Assembly: GCA_964016885.1 (NCBI GenBank)
Contig: OZ024752.1
Location: 46,934,001-46,998,000, forward strand
DNA from: Eledone cirrhosa
Taxonomy: Eukaryota
Direction: 5' to 3'
Length of the DNA: 64,000 nt
In this document: piece after piece, positions 25,263 to 39,779 of the stretch
Layout: every line of letters starts with the position of its first letter
How positions within the stretch are numbered: the first letter of the stretch is position 1
Notes under the pieces: generated by a model
Seen by the model: the letters and a program-made list of their open reading frames with translations, nothing else
Databases searched by the model: none
Told to the model about the DNA's origin: nothing
Made by a program: the position numbers and the translations under genes

Positions 25263-25508
25263 TTAACCTGTTGACTGCTGTGTATATTTAACACAGCTAC
25301 AGTTGCTGTGCCGCAGGGTTTTTTTTTTTTTTCAATAAAATGACTATTTTGTTTAAAGCAAACATTTATTAACAACAGATATCTGAATGATTGACAAACG
25401 TCACATCAATAAACTAGTAACCCCATCTAGCTTTGAAGTTATGAACTTTTGGAAAACAACTCAAACATTTAAGGGCGAGTTATCTTGTCTACAGCACTGA
25501 AGAGGTTA
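25263..25508. mobile_element. Probable second TTAA-flanked MITE family
   Basis: ttaacctgttgactgctgt...acagcactgaagaggttaa imperfect TIRs. Confidence 0.55.
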
Positions 25509-26307
25509 AAGGATCACAGTTTTATAAAAGTGTGTATAGTTATATTAGATATACAATAATTTTCTGTAATTTATAAATGACTCACTAAACATGTGTTCCT
25601 TTAACATAAATTTTCAGGGAGATTCAGTATGTCATAGTTTGTGGCAAGGCTCACTCTTTGAAGTACAGGTACAACTTATTTTTGCCAGCAATGTGAAATA
25701 AAGTATCTTGCTCAAGAACATACTACACTACCAGCAATCGAAGTCACAACCTTTTGATAATGAGTTCAGCACCTTAACCACTAAGCTACACTCCTTCACT
25801 TCTCTCCACCTCACTAAATACTCTATCTAATTTTCAATAATAATCAGTTCTTATCTATGTTAATATTCACCTAAATAATTGATAGAATCATTTTTGTATA
25901 CAGTCCAATAGATATGTAAGAATTTACATATACACAAACACATACAAACATATATTTATATATGGAACATACAGGTAAGATGTATCCCCCTGACCTGTCT
26001 AGCATTTGAGGTATCAAGTTTGAAAATGGCTTTTGTTTTACTGTGTATATAATTTCTGCCAAAAAACCCAAGCACCACTGCCTGTAATGCAGAGAAGACA
26101 ACAAATACTGGAGTTTTGCCATCTGCTTCCTTTTCATTCCTGTTGTTGTTGGGACCTCCATTATTATCAGTCCTCAGTCTGTCATTTTCCTTCATAAAAA
26201 TCAAGATGAGTGCATCCTGCCTGAGGCCAAGCTCTGTGAGTTGGAAGGGCTGATGCTAAGGGTGTTTCCGGTCATCCTCCACAACAATGTTTTCACCATC
26301 TTGTTCA

Positions 26308-27220
26308 TGAGATATACTGCTTAGCCAAGAGTGTAGAGTGGAACACACCTGAGATGTACTGCTCAGTCAAGCATGTAGAGTGGAACACACCTGAGATGTA
26401 CTGCTCAACCAAGAGTGTAGAGTGGAACACAGCTGAGATATACTGCTCAGTCAAGCATGTAGAGTGGAATACAGCTGAGATGTACTGCTCAGTCAAGCAT
26501 ATGGAGAGGAATACAGCTGAGATGTACTGCTCAGTCAAGCATGTAGAGTGGAACACAGCTGAGATGTACTGCTCAGTCAAGCATATGGAGAGGAATACAG
26601 CTGAGATGTACTGCTAAGTCAAGCATGTAGAGTGGAACACACCTGAGATGTACTGCTCAGTCAAGCATGTAGAGTGGAACACAGCTGAGATGTACTGCTC
26701 AGTCAAGCATATGGAGAGGAATACAGCTGAGATATACTGCTCAGTCAAGCATGTAGAGTGGAACACACCTGAGATGTACTGCTCAGTCAAGCATGTAGAG
26801 TGGAACACAGCTGAGATGTACTGCTCAGTCAAGCATATGGAGAGGAATACAGCTGAGATGTACTGCTAAGTCAAGCATGTAGAGTGGAACACAGCTGAGA
26901 TTACTGCTAACTCAAGCATATAGAGTGGAATACAGCTGAGATATACTGCTAAGTCAAGCATGTAGAGTGGAACACAGCTGAGATGTACTGCTCAGTCAAG
27001 CATGTAGAGTGGAACACAGCTGAGATGTACTGCTAAGTCAAGCACGTAGAGTGGAACACAGCTGAGATATACTGCTCAGTCAAGAGTGTAGAGTGGAACA
27101 CAGCTGAGATATACTGCTCAGTCAAGCATGTAGAGTGGAACACACCTGAGATGTACTGCTCAGTCAAGAGTGTAGAGTGGAACAGAGCTGAGATGTTCTG
27201 CTCAGTCAAGAGTGTAGAGC
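26308..27220. repeat. 42-bp minisatellite (~22 units)
   Basis: Unit gctgagatgtactgctcagtcaagcatgtagagtggaacaca. Confidence 0.95.
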
Positions 27221-28033
27221 AAGAAAGACATGACTGGAGATGATAGTTGAGGAAATGAAAGCCAGAGATTGGTGAGGTAGATACAGACAATAGGGGACAA
27301 TGGGGAAGCTTCTTATGGGGCCTGTGAAGCTAACTCTTGCTGCAACAGGAACAAAAATGGCCTTAAAATGTTTGCTGTTGGTGTTCTATATTTTCAATAA
27401 ATTTATGTTGAAATTTCAATGTTAGATTTTATTTGATAAAATTGTGTTTTGGTTTCAAGTTCAGCTTGAGGTGACCCCCACTGTTTAATTGGCTTTTATC
27501 ACATTTCCTGCCTTCTTGTCCTTATATATTAACTCACCACCAACAGTCTCTCTGACTGCTATGTATCTTGTATCTAATTATTAAGGCCATTGGTTGGAAT
27601 TTCCCCTTTCTGCCCATCTACCTGAAACCTATCATTACGGCAGCTCTTTTAATTGGCCAACAATTTCGTGTACCTATTAATATAAAATGATTATTTGCCA
27701 CTGAAAATAACTCAATTAGATGTTATGTGTAACTTGCCCCTTCACACCTGATAATCTAGTTAATTTTACCAATCCACTTTACTTCCATTTTGTGTTTTGT
27801 ATTTCCACTCTCCCTCAACAAATAGTGAGCAATTAAGCCATGAAATTAATATAAACCATCAATTTATTTTGTTGTATTCATCTGGTTGTTGTTTGTCAAG
27901 CCAGCAATGGCGACATTCCCAGCTATCAACAACAACAAAAAACACAAATGTATTATAGCTTGTAAACATTGAGGTCAACATAGACATCCAACATAGACAT
28001 ACAGCAAGTAAAATATCTCGAATGTGATATGTT

Positions 28034-29235
28034 TAACCCTTCAGCATTTACATTAATCTATATTTACTATTGTATTTTCATGGCAAAGGATTTATCTCAC
28101 ATAATATCGAATCTATGAGATATCTCACATAGCATTTACATTAATCTATATTTACTATTGTATTTTCATGGCAAAGGATTTATCTCACATAATATCGAAT
28201 CTATGAGATAATATCTCACATAGCATTTACATTAATCTATATTTACTATTGTATTTTCATGGCAAAGGATTTATCTCACATAATATCGAATCTATGAGAT
28301 AATATCTCACATAGCATTTACATTACTCTATATTTACTGTTATATCTTCATGGTAAAGAATTTATCTCACGTAATTATCTCAAATAATATCTCACAAAGC
28401 ATTTACATTATACTATATTTACTGTTATATCTTCATGGTAAAGAATTTATCTCACGTAATTATCTCAAATAATATCTCACAAAGCATTTACATTATACTA
28501 TATTTACTGTTATATCTTCATGGTAAAGAATTTATCTCACGTAATTATCTCAAATAATATCTCACAAAGCATTTACATTATACTATATTTACTGTTATAT
28601 CTTCATGGTAAAGAATTTATCTCACGTAATTATCTCAAATAATATCTCACAAAGCATTTACATTATACTATATTTACTGTTATATCTTCATGGTAAAGAA
28701 TTTATCTCACGTAATTATCTCAAATAATATCTCACAAAGCATTTACATTATACTATATTTACTGTTATATCTTCATGGTAAAGAATTTATCTCACGTAAT
28801 TATCTCAAATAATATCTCACAAAGCATTTACATTATACTATATTTACTGTTATATCTTCATGGTAAAGAATTTATCTCACGTAATTATCTCAAATAATAT
28901 CTCACAAAGCATTTACATTATACTATATTTACTGTTATATCTTCATGGTAAAGAATTTCTCTCACGTAATTATCTCAAATAATATCTCACAAAGCATTTA
29001 CATTATACTATATTTACTGTTATATCTTCATGGTAAAGAATTTATCTCACGTAATTATCTCAAATAATATCTCACAAAGCCTTTACATTATACTATATTT
29101 ACTGTTATATCTTCATGGTAAAGAATTTATCTCACATAATTATCTCAAATAATATCTCGCATAGCCTTTACATTACTCTATAGTTTCATGGTAAAGGCTT
29201 TAACTCACATAATATCGAATCTATGAGATTTTGAT
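28034..29235. repeat. Tandem array (mostly 85-bp units, ~13 copies) derived from the left part of the TTAA MITE
   Basis: Begins with the MITE TIR ttaacccttcagcattta; repeats agcatttacatta...aatatctcacaa. Confidence 0.92.
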
Positions 29236-30564
29236 GAAATGCAAAGTTAACCTCAGCAAGATTTGAACTCAGAACATAGAAAACCATAACTAAATACCAC
29301 AAAGCATTTTTGTTTGACATTCTTCTGATACTACTAATCCAACTGCTACTGATGATGATGATGATGATGATGAGTATTTTGTCTGACATTTTACCAGACT
29401 AAATGCCAATTGTCATTGTTGAAACATATGAAGTCAAAACGAGAACAAGTAGACAATTAATTCGCTGGGGTAGTCTTAATGCACAGATTGATAGTCTATA
29501 TGGAATTATCATATTTGTAACGAAAATAGATGGCAGCAAATGTTTTAAGCTATTATTATCATGGCAGTATCGGTAGAGGGTTGGACGCCATGTTTTCTAG
29601 CATAGTTAGGCCCTTTACGTTCTGAGTTCAAATCCCGCCGAGGTCAACTTTGCCTTTCATCCTTACGGGGGTCGATAAAATAAAGTACCAGTAATGCACT
29701 GGGTAATTGCTGGCCTTGTGCCTAAAGTAGAAACAATTATCACTACTCAGAATGATGAGACTGTCAACATAGAACATAGTCGTGAAGTTTCATGTTTCCG
29801 AGGATAAAACTCTTTGGGATAAATTTTGATTTTCATCACACGCGTGGTTGATAAACTTATTTAATCAATTATTTTCACTGTCATCATTGTCATCATCGTT
29901 GGATCATAACTTAACGAAGGTTCTTACATCAAATGATTTTGAAAATAAAAAAAAAAATTTGAAAGGACTTGGTAATATAATTGTTTCTACTTTTGGCAGC
30001 ACAAGGCCAGCAATTATCCCAGTGCATTACTGGTACTTTATTTTATCGACCCCATAAGGATGAAAGGCAAAGTTAAGCTTGGCAGGATTTGAACTCAGAC
30101 CATTAAGGGTCATAGCTCTTTGCTGTAAAGCATGGCGTCAGAGCCTCTACCGATACTGCCAATCCACAAACTTGGTAATATAATGAACCTTCTCATTATT
30201 TAGCTTGTGATTGGAACATAACTTAATAAAGGTTATTACATAGAATTAAGATGGAAGGTTTTTTTTTTAGGTAAACTTTAACACTTTAAAATAAACAGCT
30301 TTGTATAATAGAACCAGGGGCAGTTTCAGGTGGTTTGGAATCAAAGGTAAGCATAAACTTTGTATTTATGGCAGCAAACTAGGTTTATAAATAGGTGAGA
30401 AAATGTGAAATAGATTAAGAACAGACAGCTGCACCATTTTTGAAGAAATTCTTAACTAAATGAACAGCAACAATATAATGTAGTTAGGCTAACCAGGTAA
30501 TTCTGTCTCACTACTGTTATTTATATAGTCCTGGTTGCTGTTCTCATTTTTTCAATATAACATC

Positions 30565-31095
30565 ACAGTCACCAATCTCCCACTTTTCCCGACCTCCCAC
30601 ATTCACCCCCCCCCCCCCCCCCCCCACTGCCACCAACCTCCCACTTTTCCCGACCTCCCACTTTTCCCGACCTCCCACATTCACCAACCTCCCACATTCA
30701 CCAACTTCCCACATTCACCAACCTCCCACTGTCACCAACCTCCCACATTCACCAACCTCCCACTGCCACCAACCTCCCACTGCCACCAACCTCCCACTGT
30801 CACCAACCTCCCACTGTCACCAACCTCCCACTGTCACCAACCTCCCACATTCACCAACCTCCCACTGCCACCAACCTCCCACTGTCACCAACCTCCCACT
30901 GTCACCAACCTCCCACTGTCACCAACCTCCCACATTCACCAACCTCCCACTGTCACCAACCTCCCACTGTCACCAACCTCCCACATTCACCAACCTCCCA
31001 CTGCCACCAACCTCCCACTGTCACCAACCTCCCACATTCACCAACCTCCCACATTCACCAACCTCCCACATTCACCAACCTCCCACGGTCACCAA
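30565..31095. repeat. 17-bp C-rich minisatellite (~30 units)
   Basis: Unit caccaacctcccac(tgt/att/tgc). Confidence 0.92.
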
Positions 31096-31789
31096 CATAG
31101 AGCCGTGTAAATAATAATAATAATGATTGTTTCTACTTTAGGCACAAGGCCAGCAATTACCCAGTGCATTACTGGTACTTTATTTTATCGACCCCGTAAG
31201 GTTGAAAGGCAAAGTTAACCTCGGCGGGATTTGAACTCAGAATGGCAAGGGCCGTAACTCTATACGTCAAAGCATGGCGTCCGACCCTCTACCGATACTG
31301 CCAATCCACCGCCCTAATAATAATAATAATAATAATAATAATGAAATTATTGTGTACAGTGCTCAGGTGCACTACAACTCATCAAAGGTGCATGTATAGT
31401 ACATAGAATAATATACAAATGTCAGCAAAATGAACAATGTACGAGTCATGAAATATATGCATGCGTGTATATGAAGGGGTGACATCAGGTGTAGTGTTGG
31501 CGAATCTCAGGAAGCATGGAGGTTTTAAAGGATGCAGCATCTCGACAGCTAACAACTGATGCAGGTAGTTTGTTTGATGAGTTGTAGTGCACCTGAGCAC
31601 TGTACACAATAATTTTATTATTATTATTATTTTTATTATTATTATATATAAATTAACGATTTTATTTATTATATATTATTTACAATTTACATGTAGGCAT
31701 ATCTCTCTGGAAATAGGGTTGGGGCTGCTGAGGATATTACATGGCCATGAAGTGGGGGCAATGGCCCTAAAATGTGAGAACCTTTTATG

Positions 31790-31871
31790 TATTGGGTCGC
31801 CAAGTATGAAATTTGTAGAAATTTGTAAAAAAAAAAAAAATTCTACAAATTTCATACTTGACGACCCAATA
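31790..31871. mobile_element. ~80-bp mariner-type MITE (MADE-like hairpin)
   Basis: 31-bp inverted arms beginning TATTGGGTCG, one mismatch, 20-nt A-rich spacer. Confidence 0.65.
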
Positions 31872-33964
31872 TATGAAAGTATATATTATACTCATTCCTA
31901 TACCAAAATGTTGTATTCAATTATTATGATACTAATGTTTTCCATCACACACCATACAATCTCTTTTCCTGTTTCCAATAAATTACTGGCCTGATATCCA
32001 AGAGATCAATATATATTTCACATCCAATGGGAAATTACTAACTTACTCTTCTCAAATGCAGTAATTCACTTGCATAGCTTCATTGTTTTCGAACCACTAC
32101 ATATTTATTTTCCTAACTATTTATAAAGCAGCTTTTATTATTGGATGCCACCCTGACTGAACTGGTTTACTGTAGCTCTTGCAATATTACCTGATTTACA
32201 GTATATGTAGTTAACATGTGACCCACCACTCCTGATGCTTTCAGCAGTTTAGCAACTATTCCTGATGGTCCAGTTGCTTCTTTTGTCTTCATATTCATAA
32301 TTTCTTTCCTTACCATACTACTGCTAACTTAGATAGCTGGTCCTTCTGTTGGGTCTACTTGTTGCAGACTAACTTATCATCTCCATCCCATTCATTCTTC
32401 TCATTTAACCCTTTAGCATTTATATTTCTCTATATATACTATTGTATTTTTGTGGTAAAGGCTTTATCTTACATACTATCTTGCATAATATCAAATCTAT
32501 GAGATTTTGGTGTTATATATTTTAAGAACTATGCCTTAACATCAGTATGAGTGGCCAATTAGGGTTGGTTTGAAGAGAAAGAGGTGAGAGAATTTTGGCC
32601 GGATACTTGTCGTTTAAATGCTAAATGGTTAACGGTTTCTCATAATGGCACTTCCATGCTTCATTCTCTCCTCACCCACCCACCAGCCGGCATGGTGCTG
32701 CCATTCAGAACCCATTTCTCCGAAACATCTCCATTTACCTTGGCCTTGTAATTTGGAACATAAAGCAAAGCATTAAAAAATAAACTCACACACACACACG
32801 CATACTCTCACCCACACCCAATCACAAACTCATACACATGCACTCACACACATACTCTCACCCACACCCAATCACAAACTCACACACACGCACTCACACA
32901 CATACACACTCTCTCTCTCTCACACACACACACACAACGAGTGTCACAACAACTTTTATCAAAGAAACAGCATTGTCACTCTGAATCACTTAAAAGCAAT
33001 TGTAAATTGCAAAAACCAATTGAAATACAAAGAAATTGTATTATCACAAAATGTCTCGAGAAACGAAATTTGCACAAACATATTACTATGAAGGAGATCG
33101 TGCTTTGCTCTAGATTCTATACACTATAAATACAATATATACAATCAGTTTTGTTATGGTCCTCTCTCTACACATAAATCTGTTTAAAGTATACATAATT
33201 GTCTTCTGTTAAACTCTATTGTTGTAGACAGATAAGTAAGTAATCTGCTGAGTTTTTCAATAGTCCAATAAATATACCAATATAAGAAAATAGAAGTTTA
33301 TATGAAGTTAAGGTAGTTATTAGAGTGTAATATTCCAGCTCTAATGTCTTGCTCTTACTCTGCTTTCTTAAGCATAGTTTTTAACAAACTTTGTATATGG
33401 TAACATCTGCTGTTTACAATAGTCTAAGTAATAATGAAAAATGTCCATTAAGATTCTATTTTGGTTCTTCTGAAACCATTGAAATAATAATAATGGTTTC
33501 TGATTTAGGTACAAGGCCAACAATTTGTGGGGAGGGGAAAGTCAATTAAATCGATCCCAGTGCATTACTGGTACTTTATTTTCTTGACTCTGATAGAATG
33601 AAGAGCATAGCTATCCTCGGCAGCATTTGAACTCAGAATGTAAATGGCCTGTAACTGTATGCCGCAAAGCATATTGTCTGATGCTCTACCAATACTGCCA
33701 ATCCCCTGCCCTTATAATAACGATAATAGCCCAAATCCCAGAACTTACAAATACATACAGCATACAAAAGATAGCACTACTAGACACTGCACATATATTA
33801 TGAAAAGTACAATAGAAACAACATCAGCAAAAACTACACTGCACATACCCAAGGTACACAGAGCTGTGCTCGGTAAAGCAGTAATGATGCGCAATAAAAA
33901 TAATACCGAAAATAATAATAATGAAATATAATGCACACTTACATGAGATTGGTTTAGGCAAACA

Positions 33965-34580
33965 TATACAGGATTGGCTTAGAAAAGGAAGTCTTAAGAA
34001 AGAAATGGAAAGTACTATCACATCTGCTCAAGACTAAGTTATCAAAACCAATCACATTAAGAACTGCATATACAAGGAAGACATATCACTAATGTGCAGG
34101 GTGTGTGGAATGATTGAGGAGACAATGGCACACATTGATGCCGAGTGCCATTATTTGGCACAAAATGAGTACAAGAAATGGAGACAGGATGAAGTAGGCC
34201 AAGATTATACATTGGAAACTCTACCAAAAGTGAAGATTTGTGTGTGAAGATATGTGGTACAATCATATGTCCGAGAAAGTAATTGAATATACATTGCAAC
34301 TTTGATGAGTTGTAGTGCACCTGAGCACTGTACAATCTTGTAAAATCTTACGGGGACCTTGTAATACAAACAGACACAGTATTACAGCACAATAAGCCTG
34401 ACATAACTGTGGTGGACCAAAAAACCCAGAAATGTAGATATATAATAGACCTCTTATGCTTATTTGACAGAGGAGTGGAAAAAAAAGAAGAGGAAAATGA
34501 GAAAGATTACAATCTATTAAAGTATGAGATTGCATGGTTGTGGAAATTGAAAAAGGTTAGTCATACCAGTTGGGAACAGT
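33965..34580 (+). mobile_element. Degraded R4/Dong-type (restriction-like endonuclease) non-LTR retrotransposon C-terminal fragment
   Basis: WLRKGSLKKEMESTITSAQD*; CCHC knuckle CRVC-x8-H-x4-C; IQTDTVLQHNKPDITVVD (PD..D endonuclease motif). Confidence 0.8.
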
Positions 34581-34919
34581 AATCCATAAAGTGAGTTAGT
34601 GTATAATACATTTGCTCACTACATTTAGTATAATAGCATACAATATATATTGGCAAGGTTAGTGTTTACATTTTTAACCCTGTCATGACTACATTTCTAA
34701 TGAAATATACTCTCTATTTTAATTAATTAATTAAAGAAGAAGTTTTAGGGACTTATTAAAAACTTAATGTTAACTTCTTATACAAAATTATGTTGGAAGA
34801 TTTTTTATTTAAATTAGAAACCTTTAAAATGGGTGACTTTATTTCATAGAACCAGAACTGGTTTTGGCTGGGTTGGTAACTAAATGGTTAACCCTTTAGC
34901 ATTTACATTATATATACTA

Positions 34920-35802
34920 CTAGCAGTAAAGCCCGGCGTTGCTCGGGGTCGCTCAGTAGCTGTGTTAAAGTTACAATGTTAAGTTTCTTTTTTGGCTTAA
35001 AAACTGTAGTGTCTACTGTGCAGACTTGCATGTGGTGTTTTTGATTAATATTCCCTCAACCAACAATATGCCTTATGAAGTTAAGAAAACATAACGATAA
35101 CCCGAATGTTATAACAAAATAGGATGCTGGGGATAAAAACTGCACTGGTTATTTATTAACAAAGATCGAAAATGTAAACACTGCAACGCAGAGAAAAACA
35201 TTAGCATAACCAAATTATCAGTTATGTCTGTCTGCACGCCTATATCACCTCTCTGCACGACTGTCTGTCTGCACGCCTATATCACCTCTCTGCACGACTA
35301 TCTGTCTGCACGCGTATATCACCTCTCTGCACGACTGTCTGTCTGCACGACTGTCTGTCTGCACGCCTAACGACGAAATATTTGCTTGTTTTACGTAGTC
35401 TTTAAATAGACTTGTTTTCAAGTAAAAATATTGTTTTAAAATGCTTTTAAATGGAAATGAAGCAAAACGGAAGCTTAGTGTTCGAACTGATGAATTTTGC
35501 AGGTCAATATTTTGCTATGTCATTTTAAACGCTGAGAAAGCCAGCGTAATTTTTTACGTAAGACGCTCAATGTAAACAGAACAAAGGGAAATAACTGATA
35601 ACTTACGCTCAAAAATCGATACATTATATTCGATTTCGTCACATAGGGTGGGTCAATTTGAAATTTTTTTTTTTCCGATGTCTTCGCTAGGGCTCAATGT
35701 ACAAGTATAGCAATTTCGGTGCAATTCCGTGAGAGATTCTAAGAGGAGATGTGTGCCAAAAATCGATAGACAGACAGACAACCACAGTTTTATATATATA
35801 GA
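34920..35802 (-). mobile_element. Non-autonomous Helitron inserted into a TTAA MITE
   Basis: Minus strand 5'-TC...hairpin cccgagcaacgccggg...CTAG-3'; inserted between A and T with no TSD; removal restores tatatactattgtattttcac of the MITE; internal ~36-bp repeats at ~35225-35370. Confidence 0.88.
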
Positions 35803-37447
35803 TTGTATTTTCACAGTAAACACTTTATCTCACATAATATGGAATCTATGAGATTTTGATATTATTTATTTTGAGAACAATACCTTAACATCAGTATATG
35901 TGGCCAGTTACAGCCAGTTGGAACAGAAAGAGGTGAGAGAATTCTGACTGGATACAGCTGGTTTAAATGTTAAAGGGTTAATGAAGAATTTTTAAGGATT
36001 ACTAAAAACTTAATTTAAAGTTCTTATATAAAATTATGTTGGAAGATTTTTTAATTTAAATTAGAAACCTTTAAAATGAGTGACTTTATTTCAGAGAACC
36101 AGAGCTGGTTTTGGCTGGGTTGGTAACTAAAGGGTTCATGTTGGTAGAATGGACCTTCCTGACCAGACCTCCATAGGATTCAATGATGAGGGACGCAGTT
36201 GTCCAATCAAGGAACAGCATACTCATTAAATTAATGTGCAAGTGGCTGAGTATTCCACAGTCATATGTGCCTTTAACGTGATTCTCAGTGATTCAACATG
36301 ACACAGGCTTTAGGTTTCCCTTCTACCCAGTTTCACTCTCAAGTCATTGGTTGACCTGAAACTATAATAAATGACACTTGCCCAAGATTCTACACAGTGG
36401 GATCAAACTCGGGACCTTATTATTGTGAAGTGACGTCTTAACTATTTGGCCATGCTGCATTATTTAATGTTTGGATAACTCAAAAATAGTTAAACCATCA
36501 TTGACTAATATTATTTTGATGCTTTCAGAAAGTATGGGAGATAACTCCAATCATGCACCAGTCTTATTAGACCTCCTCAATGTAGCAGAGTGCACTAAAT
36601 ATCCAGGCATACATCGTAGAGCTAGCCTAGGGCACTAAATATCTAGGTACACATTGTAGAGCTCATCTAGTGTGCTAAATCCCCAGGCTTACATTGTAGA
36701 GCTAGTATAGTGTGCTAAATACCTAGGTATATACCTGGGTCTTGATATATGATGTTAGATTATGTTGTTTAGTCCCCAGTCCAGTCCTAATCAAGAAAGA
36801 CGTATGGTCAAAGCCATTCCGATCGTGACCATCTCACTTATTTCCCAAACAGTATAACCAGGACTAGATATCATGTGGATCCAAAGGGTGTGCTGTGATA
36901 GACAGTTGGCTGCTATTTCTAGCTGGTCCTGCCACTACGTATATTCTTTCGTTAGCAACGACGATAACGATGATCATGACGATGGTGGTGATGATGATGA
37001 TTAGAGAGAGAGAGTGGAGAAGAGGATGGGGATAACAGAATTTCCTCCCATTACTGTGTAATCCAATGTTTTATAAGACTCCACGGCTGATATATGTGAA
37101 ATCACGTAGACTTACTATGTACTATTCGCAAGTATTTGTTGCTAGATAAACACATATATTATGATATATATTTTATATTCATGTCAGTATTAATTCGGTA
37201 ACATTTATTATTACATTCGTCTCCCAGATGGATGTAATAGCAATTTTTTTTTTTTTATTTCAAAAGGAGTTAGTTGATAGGTTTGGTTAGAATTTTGAAG
37301 GTGAAATCTGTTTTTTCATGCGATTTTTTAAATGTTTTCAACTAGTTTCTTCAGGTTATTTCACACGAGAATTCCGTAGCACCTGTCTTCTAGACGTGTG
37401 TAATTGTGTAATAATAGAATGTTACCACTAATTTAGCTAGAATTGGG

Positions 37448-37523
<76 letters not shown>

Positions 37524-37572
37524 AAATAATTAAGTCAAATATTTAAAGTTTCGCTTCGTTTATTAAAGGTGT

Positions 37573-37621
37573 ACTGCTATTTCGGTGACACCGATCCTTG
37601 GCTGTGACCTCTTCAGGCAGT
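37573..37621 (-). ncRNA. Degenerate family B hammerhead with stem III deleted
   Basis: Minus strand actgc-CTGAAGA-ggtcacagcc...gtcacc-GAAA-TA-gcagt; flanks homologous to the 9960-10060 and 10460-10530 regions. Confidence 0.6.
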
Positions 37622-37878
37622 CCGAATTGGACCAACGTGCGTACTTCGTAGAGTGCTCCAATCTGCATACTGAAGTGTCGCTAAACAACCATTATATACT
37701 CAAAAAATATATATATACAAAACATAATGTATATATAACATTCATTGAGATGTCTGACTTTTTAATTTATATATACATATATGAAATAAAAAAACTAAAA
37801 AAACTGAGTTAAAAACTCTGGTTAATCCCATGTAATTTAATGAGTTCAAGGATGAGAATCCAGATCTTTATAAGACAG

Positions 37879-37916
<38 letters not shown>

Positions 37917-38208
37917 ACACACAAAGAGATATGTGTTGAATTATAGGGGATAGAATACCACCAGAGTGAAAAACAGTCTACGGAGACATATATATGTTAG
38001 CTGCAGAGACACTGCATCCTTTAAAACCCTCATGCTCCCCGAAATTCGCCAAAACTACACCTGATGTCCTCCATCCATACACATGCACACATGTGTATAT
38101 CATGACTCATGCACTGTTCATTTTCCTGACGTTTGTACACCACCCTATATACTATACATACACCTTTGATGAGTTGTAGTGCACCTGAGCTCTGTACACA
38201 ATATTTTC

Positions 38209-38311
<103 letters not shown>

Positions 38312-38921
38312 GGTGTTCCCAAAAATGTATGCACTCTTATATTAGAATGCTGTTGAAGTGTGTATACATTGGGGGGGGGGCTGTATATACAGAGAGGGAG
38401 AGAGAGAGATAAATGGATAGACATGTATGTAGGAATCTATGTCTGGTAGATTTTCAGATTTATGTATATATCTATATATTATATATCTATCTACAGTTGA
38501 GGAATCAGATATGTCAATGATTTAAGGAGATTAGTAAAATGTTAAGGTCATTGTAATACTAATAAACATCGCAAATAGAGTGGAGAATGGTGTGTATATA
38601 ACTGTATATTTGAGTTTGCGTTAGTATGTGTTAAATATATGTTATAAAGTGTGTGCTTATGCGTATTCGTACACATACATACATATTGGCAATAATATAT
38701 AATGTATATATGTGTGTGTATATATAGATAGATAGATATATGCATACACATATAAATATATATATTTATATACTTATATACAAGTATATACTTGTATATA
38801 TACTTATATACTTGTATATAAATATATATATATATATTTATATACTTATATACAAAATATATATATATATATTTATATACAAACATATGTTTGTATATAT
38901 ATATATAAGTGTGTGCGTGTG

Positions 38922-38962
<41 letters not shown>

Positions 38963-39779
38963 AGAGAGAATGTATGGTATGTATGTTTAATGTTATATTT
39001 ATAATAAATAACTACATGTGAAACCATTGAAGGATGTCGTTTGTTTTTTCTTTCAAATCCAACATTTTATTATTTTCAAATAACAACAAATTCTTATAAC
39101 ACCATTGAAAAATTATCTGCGAGATCAGTTTGTGTATTTAATTGTATATATTTGAGTTTGTGTTGAATATATATGTAAAGTGTGTTCTTTTCTGTAAGTA
39201 TAATGTGAGATTGCTGAGCATATAATGTATATATGTTTGTGATTCTAGTAATACTTCGAAATAAAACTCAATTTATTTATGATAAATAACTAATATATAT
39301 TAAATCAATGAAGGCTGGTGTTTGTTTTTCTTTAAAATTCAATAAATTATTTTTAGATATTTATTTGCCATTCTGGTAATATGATATTTAAAAAAAAAGT
39401 ATTGTGCAATATATTTATAATGTGAGTGGCAATAATTAATTGTATTAAAAATATTTATGCATTATATTTATAAGGTCTCTGGTAATAATTAGTTGTAATT
39501 ATTTGCATTTATAGTTTTATCCTATTTTTATACACAGCTTAGACATATTTGTAATGTTCTTTTGAAAGAATTGTTAGCAATTTATAATGTTATTTATACA
39601 TTTGTAATGTTATTTATGAATATAGCTAAAACTTATTTGTAATGTCCTGACAATAATTAATTCTATTTATTTATGTTTATATTCTTTTTACTAGTCTAAA
39701 AATTAGTGAATTTATTAAGAAGTATTCATTTAATATTGTATTTTAGATATCTTTAAAAAAAAATTTGTCCATTATGTTT

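Noticed and set aside
25871-26300. Possible minus-strand coding exon (MKENDRLRTDNNGG...)
   Set aside because: No recognisable domain, an upstream in-frame stop and no convincing splice sites; may be old repeat debris.
26308-27220. 14-aa repeat protein (MYCSVKHVEWNTAE), or CRISPR-like hairpin repeat
   Set aside because: In-frame stops and a 1-nt deletion interrupt it; no splice signals or spacers; it is a plain 42-bp minisatellite.
37330-37360. Minus-strand CTGAAGA-aactagtt-GAAA hammerhead-like core (also a CTGAATGA...GAAA look-alike at ~9865-9910)
   Set aside because: No credible stem I or III pairing; consistent with chance in AT-rich DNA.
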